Of a DNA stretch of 64,000 nucleotides, positions 28,245 through 36,877 are shown one piece after another; position 1 is the first letter of the stretch; each line of letters begins with the position of its first letter. A program made the position numbers and the translations under genes. The notes below the pieces were generated by a model. That model did not search any database and was not told the origin of the DNA. It saw nothing but the letters and a program-made list of their open reading frames with translations. Location of the stretch: contig CAZZLD010000006.1 of assembly GCA_964655075.1 (NCBI GenBank), positions 21,045 through 85,044 of the forward strand. The letters are read 5' to 3'. This DNA comes from an uncultured Candidatus Bathyarchaeia archaeon. GTDB taxonomy: Archaea; Thermoproteota; Bathyarchaeia; Bathyarchaeales; Bathyarchaeaceae.

Positions 28245-28604
28245 ATGCAGTCCCAACTTGGAAGAATGATGGGTTCAATATTGGGAGTTTTGGGGCTCAT
28301 ATTTCTCGCTGGCGGAGCTTGGATATGGTTGAACGTCGAAGGATATATGGGTTTAAGGGGTTGGCTACAATATTACGAATACAGCGGATACTCAGTACCT
28401 TTATTGATAGTCGGTATATCCTTTCTTGTAATTGGCATCGCTTTCAGAAGGTACGAAACGCAGGAAGTTATGAAAACCCAAGTATTACCCAAGCCTGAAT
28501 CTGGTGCTTCTGTGAGTCCAAAGAGGTTCTGCACAAACTGTGGAACTCAAATACCAGCTAATGCCAAATATTGCCCAAGCTGTGGTCAGAAAATTCAATT
28601 ATGA
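28245..28604 (+). CDS. Small membrane protein with C-terminal zinc ribbon
   Basis: Two TM helices are followed by FCTNCGTQIPANAKYCPSCGQKI. Confidence 0.6.
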   Translation: MQSQLGRMMGSILGVLGLIFLAGGAWIWLNVEGYMGLRGWLQYYEYSGYSVPLLIVGISFLVIGIAFRRYETQEVMKTQVLPKPESGASVSPKRFCTNCGTQIPANAKYCPSCGQKIQL

Positions 28605-28772
28605 GTTATGTTATAGATTTGCGATTCTTGGATTCCATGATTCCTTTTCGTTCCTCAAGTATTTAGCGAACAACAAAGCCTCTTCATCTCTGATAAAAAC
28701 TACATCTAGTGGTGCATGAATGCTTGTTTTCATTTTTGTGTTTTTTCTTCGTGGTTGTCACTATTTTTTCGT

Positions 28773-29180
28773 TCAATCCTTCTCCATGAACTTGAAAATG
28801 CCTTTCTTCTTAAGCCAAAACCAAAGCCCCATGTAAAGTAACAGATAACCCGTAATGCTTCCTCCAAAGACTATGGGTTCGATTCCTCTGCTGACTGGAA
28901 ACATGCTGACGACCATAAGCACGCCAACCCCAACAAATGGAGCGGCGAGGAAGCCCGCGGAAAATATGAGAAGAAAGGCTATAATCCCTCGAACTCGAAT
29001 TTTCTTCTCTGAAATGAGCGTGCCTATAAACACCCCAAGCAAGATTAAACTAATTGTTGTCACCCACCCTATCAGGAGGTTATATTCGCTTCCTAGAACA
29101 TTAAATAATCTAAGAAACCACAACAACAAAAAGACCGAAAAGGCACACACAGATGCCCAATACGCCTTTCTTACGCTCAT
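28773..29180 (-). CDS. Hypothetical membrane protein (4 TM)
   Basis: 135 aa, strongly hydrophobic, in an AT-rich segment. The antisense ORF at 28855-29193 is less protein-like. Confidence 0.5.
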   Translation of the reverse strand: MSVRKAYWASVCAFSVFLLLWFLRLFNVLGSEYNLLIGWVTTISLILLGVFIGTLISEKKIRVRGIIAFLLIFSAGFLAAPFVGVGVLMVVSMFPVSRGIEPIVFGGSITGYLLLYMGLWFWLKKKGIFKFMEKD

Positions 29181-29375
29181 CTGTCTTCTCTAAGAAAAGT
29201 ATAGTGGTGAATTATTTAAGAATTCGCTTTCTATCAACTTATGTATGTTTTCCGTCTCATAGCGCAAACGGGAATTAGATTTAGATTGAAACGCCATTAA
29301 GAATCAAGATGTGAACCTGTTGAGGCCCTCAGATGTGCTTCTAGGCGACCTTTGTTGCTTAGCAAAGGGAAGAGC

Positions 29376-30752
29376 TTAGTGGTGCATGAGCTTCTCTTCG
29401 TACTTTCGTAGGTGTTCTGCTGCTTCACCTATGTCCATGAAGAGCTTGTCCACGCGTTCCACGTCATTCACGGTTACTTTTTCATGTTTTGCCGTTCTCG
29501 CGTTTTGAGCTGCCAAGCTTAGAAGCTGCACACAGTATCTCAAGGAGCTTTTCGCACCGATTTCTGTAAGTTTCTGCAGAGCTTTAGGTTCGATTTTGGC
29601 CTTTTCTTCAACAGCACGGAGTTTCAAGATTTCCTTGATGCTTTCAGCGTCGTATTCTTCTGTGCCGATGATGACGCTTCGGTCTATGAGGTCTAAGGGG
29701 AAACCCAACAGGCTTTTCACGTCTGTGCCGCGGATGGTAGTTATGCCCCTGTTTGTAGCAAGAATTATAATGGGAACAAGTTCGCTTTCTATGGCGCGCC
29801 CTAAGAAGCTGAAGGCTTCTAGGTCTAGGAGGTGAGAGTCGTCAATGAAGAAGACGCCGGGGTGAATGAAGGCCTTGCCTTCGTCTACGAGTTTTTTTAC
29901 GGATTCGTCGACCATGGTGCGGATTTCGGTGTTTATTTCCTTGGTTTCTGCTCCTCCGAAGAACACACTCATGATGCCGCCTCCTGCGCGTCTTCGAGCG
30001 TTGATTTCGTCCATGTCAGCTAATGTGAGCGTGTAAACGAACTCCTTTTCTTTGTAGACTTTTCCATCGGGTCTAGGAATTTTTCTGCTCACATCCACAT
30101 CGAAGGTTTTTCCTTTCTGGCTTTCGAGGCTTAGGCCGAGGTTGGCTACGCGGCCCGTTTCTTTATCGATCTGGATAACGTTTCCTTCGGTTATGTTCTC
30201 TTGCATGATTTGTTGGGCAATAGGCGCGCCAGCTTCGATCGTCTTTTCTTCTTTGGCGGTTTTCAGCGTTATGCGTATGCTTTCTGGTACCTTCTGGTAG
30301 GGGTTGTAGGGGTGAGGCGCAGTTTTTATGTCCAGTCCAGTTATTTCACCTTCGTAGACTTCGCGCATTTCGTGGATTTCTACGCCTATGCACTTCCGAA
30401 TGGCCTCGTAGAGAATCTCGGTTTTCTTTCGTTCGCTGCTGTAGATTTCGCTTCCACTCATCTGAATAAACGGAACATTTGCACCTAGTTCTTTTGATAT
30501 AGCAACTGCAATAGCGGTTTTTCCGGTTCCTGGAGGGCCAGCCAAGATCATGGTCTTTCCGCTGAGCTTTCCTTCCTTTATCATCTGGACAATTAGGCCT
30601 GCAGCTTCTCGAGCTTTCTGTTGACCCACCATGCCGTCTTTAACGCGGACGGCCTTCATGTTTTTGTCTAAGCCCAAGCCTTTGATGTGGGTGTGTGCTC
30701 CTATACGTTCGAAACGTTTGGTTTTAGCGGGAACCTCCCTTATCGAAGCCAT
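29376..30752 (-). CDS. TIP49 / RuvB-like (RuvBL1/2, Pontin/Reptin-type) AAA+ ATPase
   Basis: The N-terminus is RIGAHTHIKGLGLD. Walker A is LAGPPGTGKTAIA and Walker B is GVFFIDDSHLLD. An inserted domain of about 120 aa between Walker A and B is typical of RuvBL. 458 aa. Confidence 0.9.
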   Translation of the reverse strand: MASIREVPAKTKRFERIGAHTHIKGLGLDKNMKAVRVKDGMVGQQKAREAAGLIVQMIKEGKLSGKTMILAGPPGTGKTAIAVAISKELGANVPFIQMSGSEIYSSERKKTEILYEAIRKCIGVEIHEMREVYEGEITGLDIKTAPHPYNPYQKVPESIRITLKTAKEEKTIEAGAPIAQQIMQENITEGNVIQIDKETGRVANLGLSLESQKGKTFDVDVSRKIPRPDGKVYKEKEFVYTLTLADMDEINARRRAGGGIMSVFFGGAETKEINTEIRTMVDESVKKLVDEGKAFIHPGVFFIDDSHLLDLEAFSFLGRAIESELVPIIILATNRGITTIRGTDVKSLLGFPLDLIDRSVIIGTEEYDAESIKEILKLRAVEEKAKIEPKALQKLTEIGAKSSLRYCVQLLSLAAQNARTAKHEKVTVNDVERVDKLFMDIGEAAEHLRKYEEKLMHH

Positions 30753-30936
30753 AAACCATCAACTCATCCAAAGACCGCATTGCAAAACAAAAATATAAAA
30801 ATAACGCATTTAGTGCTTTAGGAAATAATTCTAACCAGCCTAGTTGTTAGCAACATTTAATCTATTTAGAATATTACGCAAGACTTTACGTAACTTTGTT
30901 CCATAAGGTTTAACTATTTTAGGTTCAACAACTATA

Positions 30937-33375
30937 ATGTACATACGCGTTCAATCGGGAAGAAGAGGGGCAGTCCTATTGCCAAACGAGGAAAGGAGAA
31001 TCGTCAGGTCATTTAGGAGACCGAAAAGGCTAGATTTACGCACCATCATTTTCCTTGCCGTTTTCCTTCTATTCCTCTCTTGTTATATTGCTCCACTGCA
31101 TGCTGCTGAACCCCCTCTGACAGACATTTTGAGTAATTTGGGCTTTACGAACGTGGCTGTGGCGTCGGTTGAGACGTTTCCAGCGGGCACGTATAACATT
31201 ACTTTGTACGCTGAGTTCGCTGGATATTGCGATGAAAACGAGCTTAGCTATTATCAGGTTGGCACAAGCGTATTCCATGTAATTTTCTCAGGACCAGAAG
31301 GTGGTTCAGGATACATTTCTCCGCCGCTAACTAAGACGTTTAACATTGGTTACGAATTCGGCCTTTCAATGCTTTCACCAGAACACAGGTACTTCACCGA
31401 AAGCGCCAGAAACCCTGACACTCCTGAACAACACGCGAAAGTATACAAGAACTTGGATTCCCCCAGCATGTTCCTTATTGGGTTCGAGAACCTCTTTGGA
31501 GGTGGAGATAGAGACTACAACGATATGGTATTCTCCCTTGAACTACAATACTATTTAGACGTAGTTTCGCCTTATGACACTCCAAGCGGCGATGGCTGGT
31601 ATAATAACGGTACGAACGCTTTTGCCTCTCTAACTGATGACGTTGTCGATCATGGAAATGGTACTCGCAGGGTGTTTACGCACTGGAGCGGAGATGCGTC
31701 GGGCACAAACTATGCTCAAAGTAACCCGATTCTCGTGGACGGTAACAAGACCGCCATAGCTAATTGGAAGACGCAGTATTTGGTGACGTTCGCCCAGATG
31801 CAAATGGATGCCGATGCTACAGACACTGTGGTTACGGTTAATGGATCGCCGAAGAGTTTTGGTGATCTTCCGTTTAGTCTTTGGGCTGATGAGGGTTCTG
31901 TGGTCACCTACAGCTACAGCGATATAGTTTCAAGCAGCGTCACAGGCAAAAGATTCTTCTTAGACAGGATCGCCAGTCCGACCTCGCCCTTCACAGTAAC
32001 AGGCCCCGAGACAATTACAGGAATTTATGAGGTACAGTACTACTTGACCGTGACCTCACCCTACGGCACCCCCGGAGGCACGGGATGGTACAACGCAAGC
32101 GACACGGCATACGCCACGGTTACTCCGTTAGTTGTGGCTGGTCCAGCGGGCGTTCAATATGTTTTTACTGGCTGGAGCGGCGACGCGTCTGGGTCCAGTT
32201 CACCCAGCGACCCGATAACCATGGATGGACCTAAGACTGCTGTTGCCGACTGGAAGACCCAGTATTTAGTCACTTTTAATTATACTGGTTTGGACGTTAA
32301 TGCCACGGGCACCGTGGTAACAGTTAATGGTTCTGCTAAGACCTTCGGTGGCCTTCCGTTCACGTGGTGGGTTGATAATGGCTCTTGGGTCGAATATTCT
32401 TATGGCGCCATAGTTTCAAGCTTTGACCCCAATCAGAACTTCACTTTAATCGATGTCGCTGGTCCAGCTTCACCGTTCCAAGTGGGAAGCCCTGTGACGG
32501 TTACAGGGAACTACCAAAGCCAATTCCGGTACTACCTAGCCGTTTCCTCCGACTACGGAACTCCTGGAGGCATAGGATGGTATGATAATGGGACCACCGC
32601 TTACGCTACTCTGGACACAGGTATTATTGACCACGGAAATGGCACCCGCAGGGTGTTTACCCACTGGAGCGGCGACGCGTCGGGCACAAACTATTCCCAA
32701 AGCGACCCAATTCTCGTGGACGGCAACAAAACAGCCATAGCGAACTGGAAGACGCAGTATTATTTGACCGTGACTTCGCCTTACGCTACGCCTGGCGGCG
32801 AAGGTTGGTATGATTCTGGCTCCACTGCCTATGCCACTATATCCGTCAACATTGTGAACCACGGTAATGGTACTCGTCGGGTGTTCGTCAATTGGGGTGG
32901 CGACGCAACAGGCACAGGCACAACCTCAGACCCAATAACTATGAGCGGTCCTAAAACAGCCATAGCGAACTGGAAGACGCAGTACTATCTTACTGTCTCC
33001 TCGCCTTACGGTACTCCAGGCGGCGTGGGCTGGTATGATGATGGTGACACTGCTTATGCCACTCTGAGCACGGGTGTGATTAGTTATGGTAATGGTTCTC
33101 GTCAAGTGTTCACCAATTGGAGTGGAGACGCTTCGGGGACAAACTACGCCCAAAGTGATCCGATAACTATGGATGGGCCTAAAACAACTATAGCAAATTG
33201 GCTGTTTGAACAGACTTCTCCTGGTCCTGTGGGCGGCGTCATACTCACCCTAAATACACCTGAATCACCGTCCCTTTGGGTAGGTTTAACCTCGGCTCTC
33301 ACAGCCATCATGATCCTAGCGGCTGTCCTAGTGGGACACAAAAACAGAAAAATGTGTACGCACAAAAGAGTTTAG
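30937..33375 (+). CDS. Secreted/surface-anchored repeat protein: signal/TM, DUF4114-like domain, five B-repeat-like modules, C-terminal TM anchor
   Basis: The N-terminal hydrophobic segment is IIFLAVFLLFLSCYIAPLHA. GGGDRDYNDMVFSLE is the DUF4114 hallmark. A ~76-aa module repeats five times (YYLxVxSPYGTPGGxGWY...FxxWSGDASG...DGxKTAIANWKTQ). The C-terminus is VGLTSALTAIMILAAVLVGHKNRK. Confidence 0.85.
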   Translation: MYIRVQSGRRGAVLLPNEERRIVRSFRRPKRLDLRTIIFLAVFLLFLSCYIAPLHAAEPPLTDILSNLGFTNVAVASVETFPAGTYNITLYAEFAGYCDENELSYYQVGTSVFHVIFSGPEGGSGYISPPLTKTFNIGYEFGLSMLSPEHRYFTESARNPDTPEQHAKVYKNLDSPSMFLIGFENLFGGGDRDYNDMVFSLELQYYLDVVSPYDTPSGDGWYNNGTNAFASLTDDVVDHGNGTRRVFTHWSGDASGTNYAQSNPILVDGNKTAIANWKTQYLVTFAQMQMDADATDTVVTVNGSPKSFGDLPFSLWADEGSVVTYSYSDIVSSSVTGKRFFLDRIASPTSPFTVTGPETITGIYEVQYYLTVTSPYGTPGGTGWYNASDTAYATVTPLVVAGPAGVQYVFTGWSGDASGSSSPSDPITMDGPKTAVADWKTQYLVTFNYTGLDVNATGTVVTVNGSAKTFGGLPFTWWVDNGSWVEYSYGAIVSSFDPNQNFTLIDVAGPASPFQVGSPVTVTGNYQSQFRYYLAVSSDYGTPGGIGWYDNGTTAYATLDTGIIDHGNGTRRVFTHWSGDASGTNYSQSDPILVDGNKTAIANWKTQYYLTVTSPYATPGGEGWYDSGSTAYATISVNIVNHGNGTRRVFVNWGGDATGTGTTSDPITMSGPKTAIANWKTQYYLTVSSPYGTPGGVGWYDDGDTAYATLSTGVISYGNGSRQVFTNWSGDASGTNYAQSDPITMDGPKTTIANWLFEQTSPGPVGGVILTLNTPESPSLWVGLTSALTAIMILAAVLVGHKNRKMCTHKRV
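31549..33201 (+). repeat. Intragenic tandem repeat array (A-X-A-X-A-A-A module order) inside the surface-protein gene
   Basis: 31651-31780 and 32632-32761 are about 85-90% identical at DNA level in my by-eye alignment. Modules 3-5 are contiguous copies of ~228 nt. Confidence 0.85.
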
Positions 33376-33630
33376 GAAACACGCAGTTCAGCGCATGCCC
33401 TTCCTCCTTCCCTTAACGCGTAGCTACGCGTTTTCGCATAGACCTGATGGTTCTTAAGCTGAGCAAAGTATGTCTGTCATGTATGAAAGCCACGTTTTGT
33501 TTATTAAAAATCTAATGGGTCTTAAATACTCTATAATTCAGTTTCAGAAGCTTTAATTACCGTGAATCTAGAGACTTTGAACATGTGCACTTGTCAACGC
33601 GGGAAGGCACAGAAGAAGGTTTATTTCTAA

Positions 33631-34662
33631 ATGAACGAGAGATCTAAGAAAAGAAAGAGGAAGACTTTTTTCAAGCGTAGATCCGCCCAAGGGATAATTG
33701 CCGCTGTTTCCGTAATTCTCTTATGTGTCATTCTCTATTTCGTCCTCTTTCCTCCTCCTAATAACTCTAACGTATTTCATTTTAAAGCTGCAATAGTTGA
33801 CCAGCTGGGCGGCGGACACATAAACGCGCAACCCAATCAGACTTTCATCCAAGCCGCCGAAGAAATCTTGAATGCCTCAGGTTTCGAAGTGGATTACATC
33901 GAGGGTGCCAATGTCACCGTAGACTTCTACAGAAACCTTTCGTCGCAAAATTACGGTTTGATAATTCTGAGAGCCCACTCAGCAACTTCCCGCAATGAAA
34001 CCAATCTAATAGCCCTCTTCAGTTCTGAACTCTTCAACGAAAGTAGGTATCAGAAGCTCAAAGATGATGGAGTGGTACCAGTAGCCTTCGCCCCTTATGA
34101 AGAGGGAGATCCCATATACTTCGGGGTTTCTCCAACGTTTGTCAGAGACAACATGAATGGCAGCTTCGAGAATACCATAATCATTATGACGGGATGCAAC
34201 GGGCTTAGTAGTGACCCTCAAATGGCGAAGGCATTCATCGCGAAAGGCGCAAAAGCATATTTCGGTTGGAGCGGGCCTGTAATGGCGTCTTACACTGACA
34301 ACGCAGCTACCCGCTTGCTTCAACACCTGATCGTGGAAAAGAAGTCTATAAAAGCAGCGCTAGCGGCTACGTACCAAGAGGTGGGTGGAGACCCAAGTTA
34401 TGACAGTGTGCTGGGATTTTATCCAAGGAGTGCTGGGGATTACGTTATCCCGAATGCTACAGACAATAGTGCTGTTCAAAGCATCGTTTTGCAGCAGACA
34501 TGTCAACATTCTAGAAATCTAGGGCGTTTAACGTTGCAATTCATAGCGACAACCGTTTTAGGCTGTTATCCGCCTAGGGTAGTGCGAGCTTTTCACTCTT
34601 TACGTCATGGGAAATTAGGGGTCCACAATAATAGATGGAAGGGAATGTTAATACCTTTATAA
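33631..34662 (+). CDS. Hypothetical N-terminally anchored extracytoplasmic protein (possible His/Cys-dyad hydrolase fold)
   Basis: The N-terminus is basic with a TM segment (IIAAVSVILLCVILYFVLF). A beta-strand-then-His (GLIILRAHS) and a beta-strand-then-Cys (TIIIMTGCNG) are arranged as in clan-CD-like peptidases. This is speculative. The last ~55 aa look non-protein-like. Confidence 0.55.
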   Translation: MNERSKKRKRKTFFKRRSAQGIIAAVSVILLCVILYFVLFPPPNNSNVFHFKAAIVDQLGGGHINAQPNQTFIQAAEEILNASGFEVDYIEGANVTVDFYRNLSSQNYGLIILRAHSATSRNETNLIALFSSELFNESRYQKLKDDGVVPVAFAPYEEGDPIYFGVSPTFVRDNMNGSFENTIIIMTGCNGLSSDPQMAKAFIAKGAKAYFGWSGPVMASYTDNAATRLLQHLIVEKKSIKAALAATYQEVGGDPSYDSVLGFYPRSAGDYVIPNATDNSAVQSIVLQQTCQHSRNLGRLTLQFIATTVLGCYPPRVVRAFHSLRHGKLGVHNNRWKGMLIPL

Positions 34663-34964
34663 ACGAAAGAATGGGGCTCCCCGATTTTTTCGGCTGAGCG
34701 AGCCACGCAGGCAAGGAAAGGAGATGAGACAAAATGCCTAACTTTTACATGACCCGCCAGCCACCTGAATATAACACATCCCTAATATTTATTTTTTTCT
34801 TTTTTCTGAAAAAAATGTGTATAAAAAAGCGAAAAATATGAAACAATGTGTGCATTATATATCTAAGATTCGATGCTTTTTTCTTTTTTCAGAACAAGTT
34901 TCCGACGTTTTGCGTTGGCTTAACTGCCTCCTCACCCCTCTTAATGCGCGCGGATAGTAGACTA

Positions 34965-36197
34965 TCAGGAGTCTATTAGTTTAATCTCCCGCAAAATCTT
35001 TTCAAATTCTTCCTCTTTCAGGGAGGCCTTTCTGCCTTCTGCATAAATCTTTTTTATTTTACTTATAACCTCTTGAAGTTGCTGGTCGCTTATGGTTATT
35101 CCCATTTTTTTTATCTTGTGTCTAATAACCGCCTTCCCAGACTGCTTCCCAATGGTGAGCCTCCTCACGTTTCCAACAAGTTCAGGGGCATATGGCTCAT
35201 ATGTAAGAGGATTATTAAGCACTCCGTGGGTGTGTATTCCAGACTCGTGGGCAAAAGCGTAGCCGCCAACTATAGCCTTGTTCGGCGGGACCACATAACC
35301 CGCTGCACTACCTATGTAATTGGCAATCTCCGTTAATTTTCCCAGCCCTTTTTCATATTTCCTGACGCCGTGATGCAGATACAGGTTCATCATAACCTTC
35401 TCCGTTTCAGCGTTTCCTGCGCGTTCCCCTATTCCCAGAAAAGTTGTGCTGGCATAAATTCTATCAAGAAGACCCGAGGCTGCCCTGATCGCCGCCATTG
35501 TGTTCTCAACAGCGTTCCCGAGGTCATCGTGGGCGTGAATTTCGATATCCTTGATCTTTGTTTCTTCTTTTATTTTTCTAATCTTAGCTGGAATTCCATT
35601 AGGCAAAGGTGCGTCTGGACTAGATGATCCAATCCCAACGGTGTCGCAGATTCGGTAAACCTCTGCTCCAGCGTCAGCAACAGCGTTGATAAACCTCTTC
35701 TCGAACTGCCAGTCCGCCCTCAAACTGTCCTCTCCGTGGACAAACACTCTTAACCCGTGATCCTTTGCAGCATACTCTACGGTGTCCACGACCCTCTCGA
35801 GAAGTTCCCCGTTAGTCTTCTCTGGCCATTTAGCCTTTAAGTGAATGTAGGAAACAGGATGAGAAATTCCAACCTCTCTAAAATCGCACGCTAGTGCATC
35901 GTCTATGTCGGCTTTTAGGGCTCTGCACCAGCCAGCGAGCCTAGCGTTCAAGCTCATGTCTTGAATCAGCTTTATAGCCTCTTTGTCTGGTCTTTGATAG
36001 TGGTGAAGCTCTATTCTCTCAACTCCGATGGAATCAAGAAGATAGGCGATGTGCGCCGCTTTCTCAGGGGAAGCCGCTAAGCCAGGCATCTGCACGCCGT
36101 CTCTCAGGGTCGTATCGTCGATTATGGGCTCTACTTTCAAAGGCAATATAGGAAAACGAAATTCAACATCAGCGTTACTTGTTAGATGTCCTTTCAT
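34965..36197 (-). CDS. HMGL-like (DRE-TIM) family synthase: homocitrate / 2-isopropylmalate / citramalate synthase homolog
   Basis: IIDDTTLRDGVQMPG, EIHAHDDLGNAVENTMAAI and HESGIHTHG are present. 410 aa. Substrate specificity cannot be read from the sequence. Confidence 0.8.
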   Translation of the reverse strand: MKGHLTSNADVEFRFPILPLKVEPIIDDTTLRDGVQMPGLAASPEKAAHIAYLLDSIGVERIELHHYQRPDKEAIKLIQDMSLNARLAGWCRALKADIDDALACDFREVGISHPVSYIHLKAKWPEKTNGELLERVVDTVEYAAKDHGLRVFVHGEDSLRADWQFEKRFINAVADAGAEVYRICDTVGIGSSSPDAPLPNGIPAKIRKIKEETKIKDIEIHAHDDLGNAVENTMAAIRAASGLLDRIYASTTFLGIGERAGNAETEKVMMNLYLHHGVRKYEKGLGKLTEIANYIGSAAGYVVPPNKAIVGGYAFAHESGIHTHGVLNNPLTYEPYAPELVGNVRRLTIGKQSGKAVIRHKIKKMGITISDQQLQEVISKIKKIYAEGRKASLKEEEFEKILREIKLIDS

Positions 36198-36319
36198 TTT
36201 TCATCGCTTTTCTTATGTTCGTTATTTACGGGCCGTTTGGACGCGTTGGTAGCATCCACCTTATTTTAAGGGTTAAAGAAAAAGGTTTTTGTTTTCAAAA
36301 GCGGGGTGGTGAGGTGTGT

Positions 36320-36616
36320 TTAGGGTGTTTCTGGGGTTATCGGGTGGAAGATGGATAACAGGGTCTCAGTGTGGACCACGTTGGGCTGTTGTTCAACCAT
36401 TTCATATATTATCTTTCTGAGCTCTTCGAGGTCATCTGCCTCTATCACCACCACTGCATCGAATCTACCTAAGACTGAGTTGGCCATCTTCACGCCCTTG
36501 ATGCGTCTTGATTCGACGATGTCTTGGGATGTGCCGGGTTTCACGGTGACCATGACGAAGGCTCTCAATGGTTTTTTGCGTAGGTCCTTGGTTTTAGACA
36601 TTTTTTCTCTCTCCAT
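36320..36616 (-). CDS. Stand-alone Lrp/AsnC-type RAM (ligand-binding) domain protein
   Basis: 98 aa. AFVMVTVKPGTSQDIVESRRIKGVKMANSVLGRFDAVVVIEADDLEELRKIIYE...VVHTETL is the AsnC_trans_reg fold pattern, with no HTH. Confidence 0.75.
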   Translation of the reverse strand: MEREKMSKTKDLRKKPLRAFVMVTVKPGTSQDIVESRRIKGVKMANSVLGRFDAVVVIEADDLEELRKIIYEMVEQQPNVVHTETLLSIFHPITPETP

Positions 36617-36846
36617 TAGAATAGGGTTAACGATGTTTCAGTGTGGATGATGTTGGGATCCTTGCCAACTATCTTGTAGACGATTTCATTGATTTTTTCG
36701 ATGCTAGGCGCCTCTATGACCACTATGGCATCGTATCTGCCGTAGACAGAGTCCGCGTTCAGAACGCCTTTAACTCGACCTTTTATGGCTTTAACGACCT
36801 TCTCAGATGTACCGGGCTTCGTTTCAATCAACAGGTATGCTTTCAT
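36616..36846 (-). CDS. Stand-alone Lrp/AsnC-type RAM (ligand-binding) domain protein
   Basis: 76 aa. KAYLLIETKPGTSEKVVKAIKG...VYGRYDAIVVIEAPSIEKINEIVYK...IIHTETS. It is a paralog of the downstream gene. Its last base is the first base of the downstream gene's start codon at 36616. Confidence 0.75.
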   Translation of the reverse strand: MKAYLLIETKPGTSEKVVKAIKGRVKGVLNADSVYGRYDAIVVIEAPSIEKINEIVYKIVGKDPNIIHTETSLTLF

Positions 36847-36877
36847 TCTTTTTCACCTCTCACATACTCATTTTCAT

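Noticed and set aside
34663-34964. AT-rich convergent intergenic region with T-runs, small hairpins (GGGGCTCCCC, GGCTgagcgAGCC) and a 35-codon ORF after an SD-like AAGGAAAGGAG
   Set aside because: The stems are only 4 bp and the ORF is mostly poly-Phe/Lys from A/T runs. This is consistent with oligo-T archaeal terminators for the two convergent genes rather than a distinct element.
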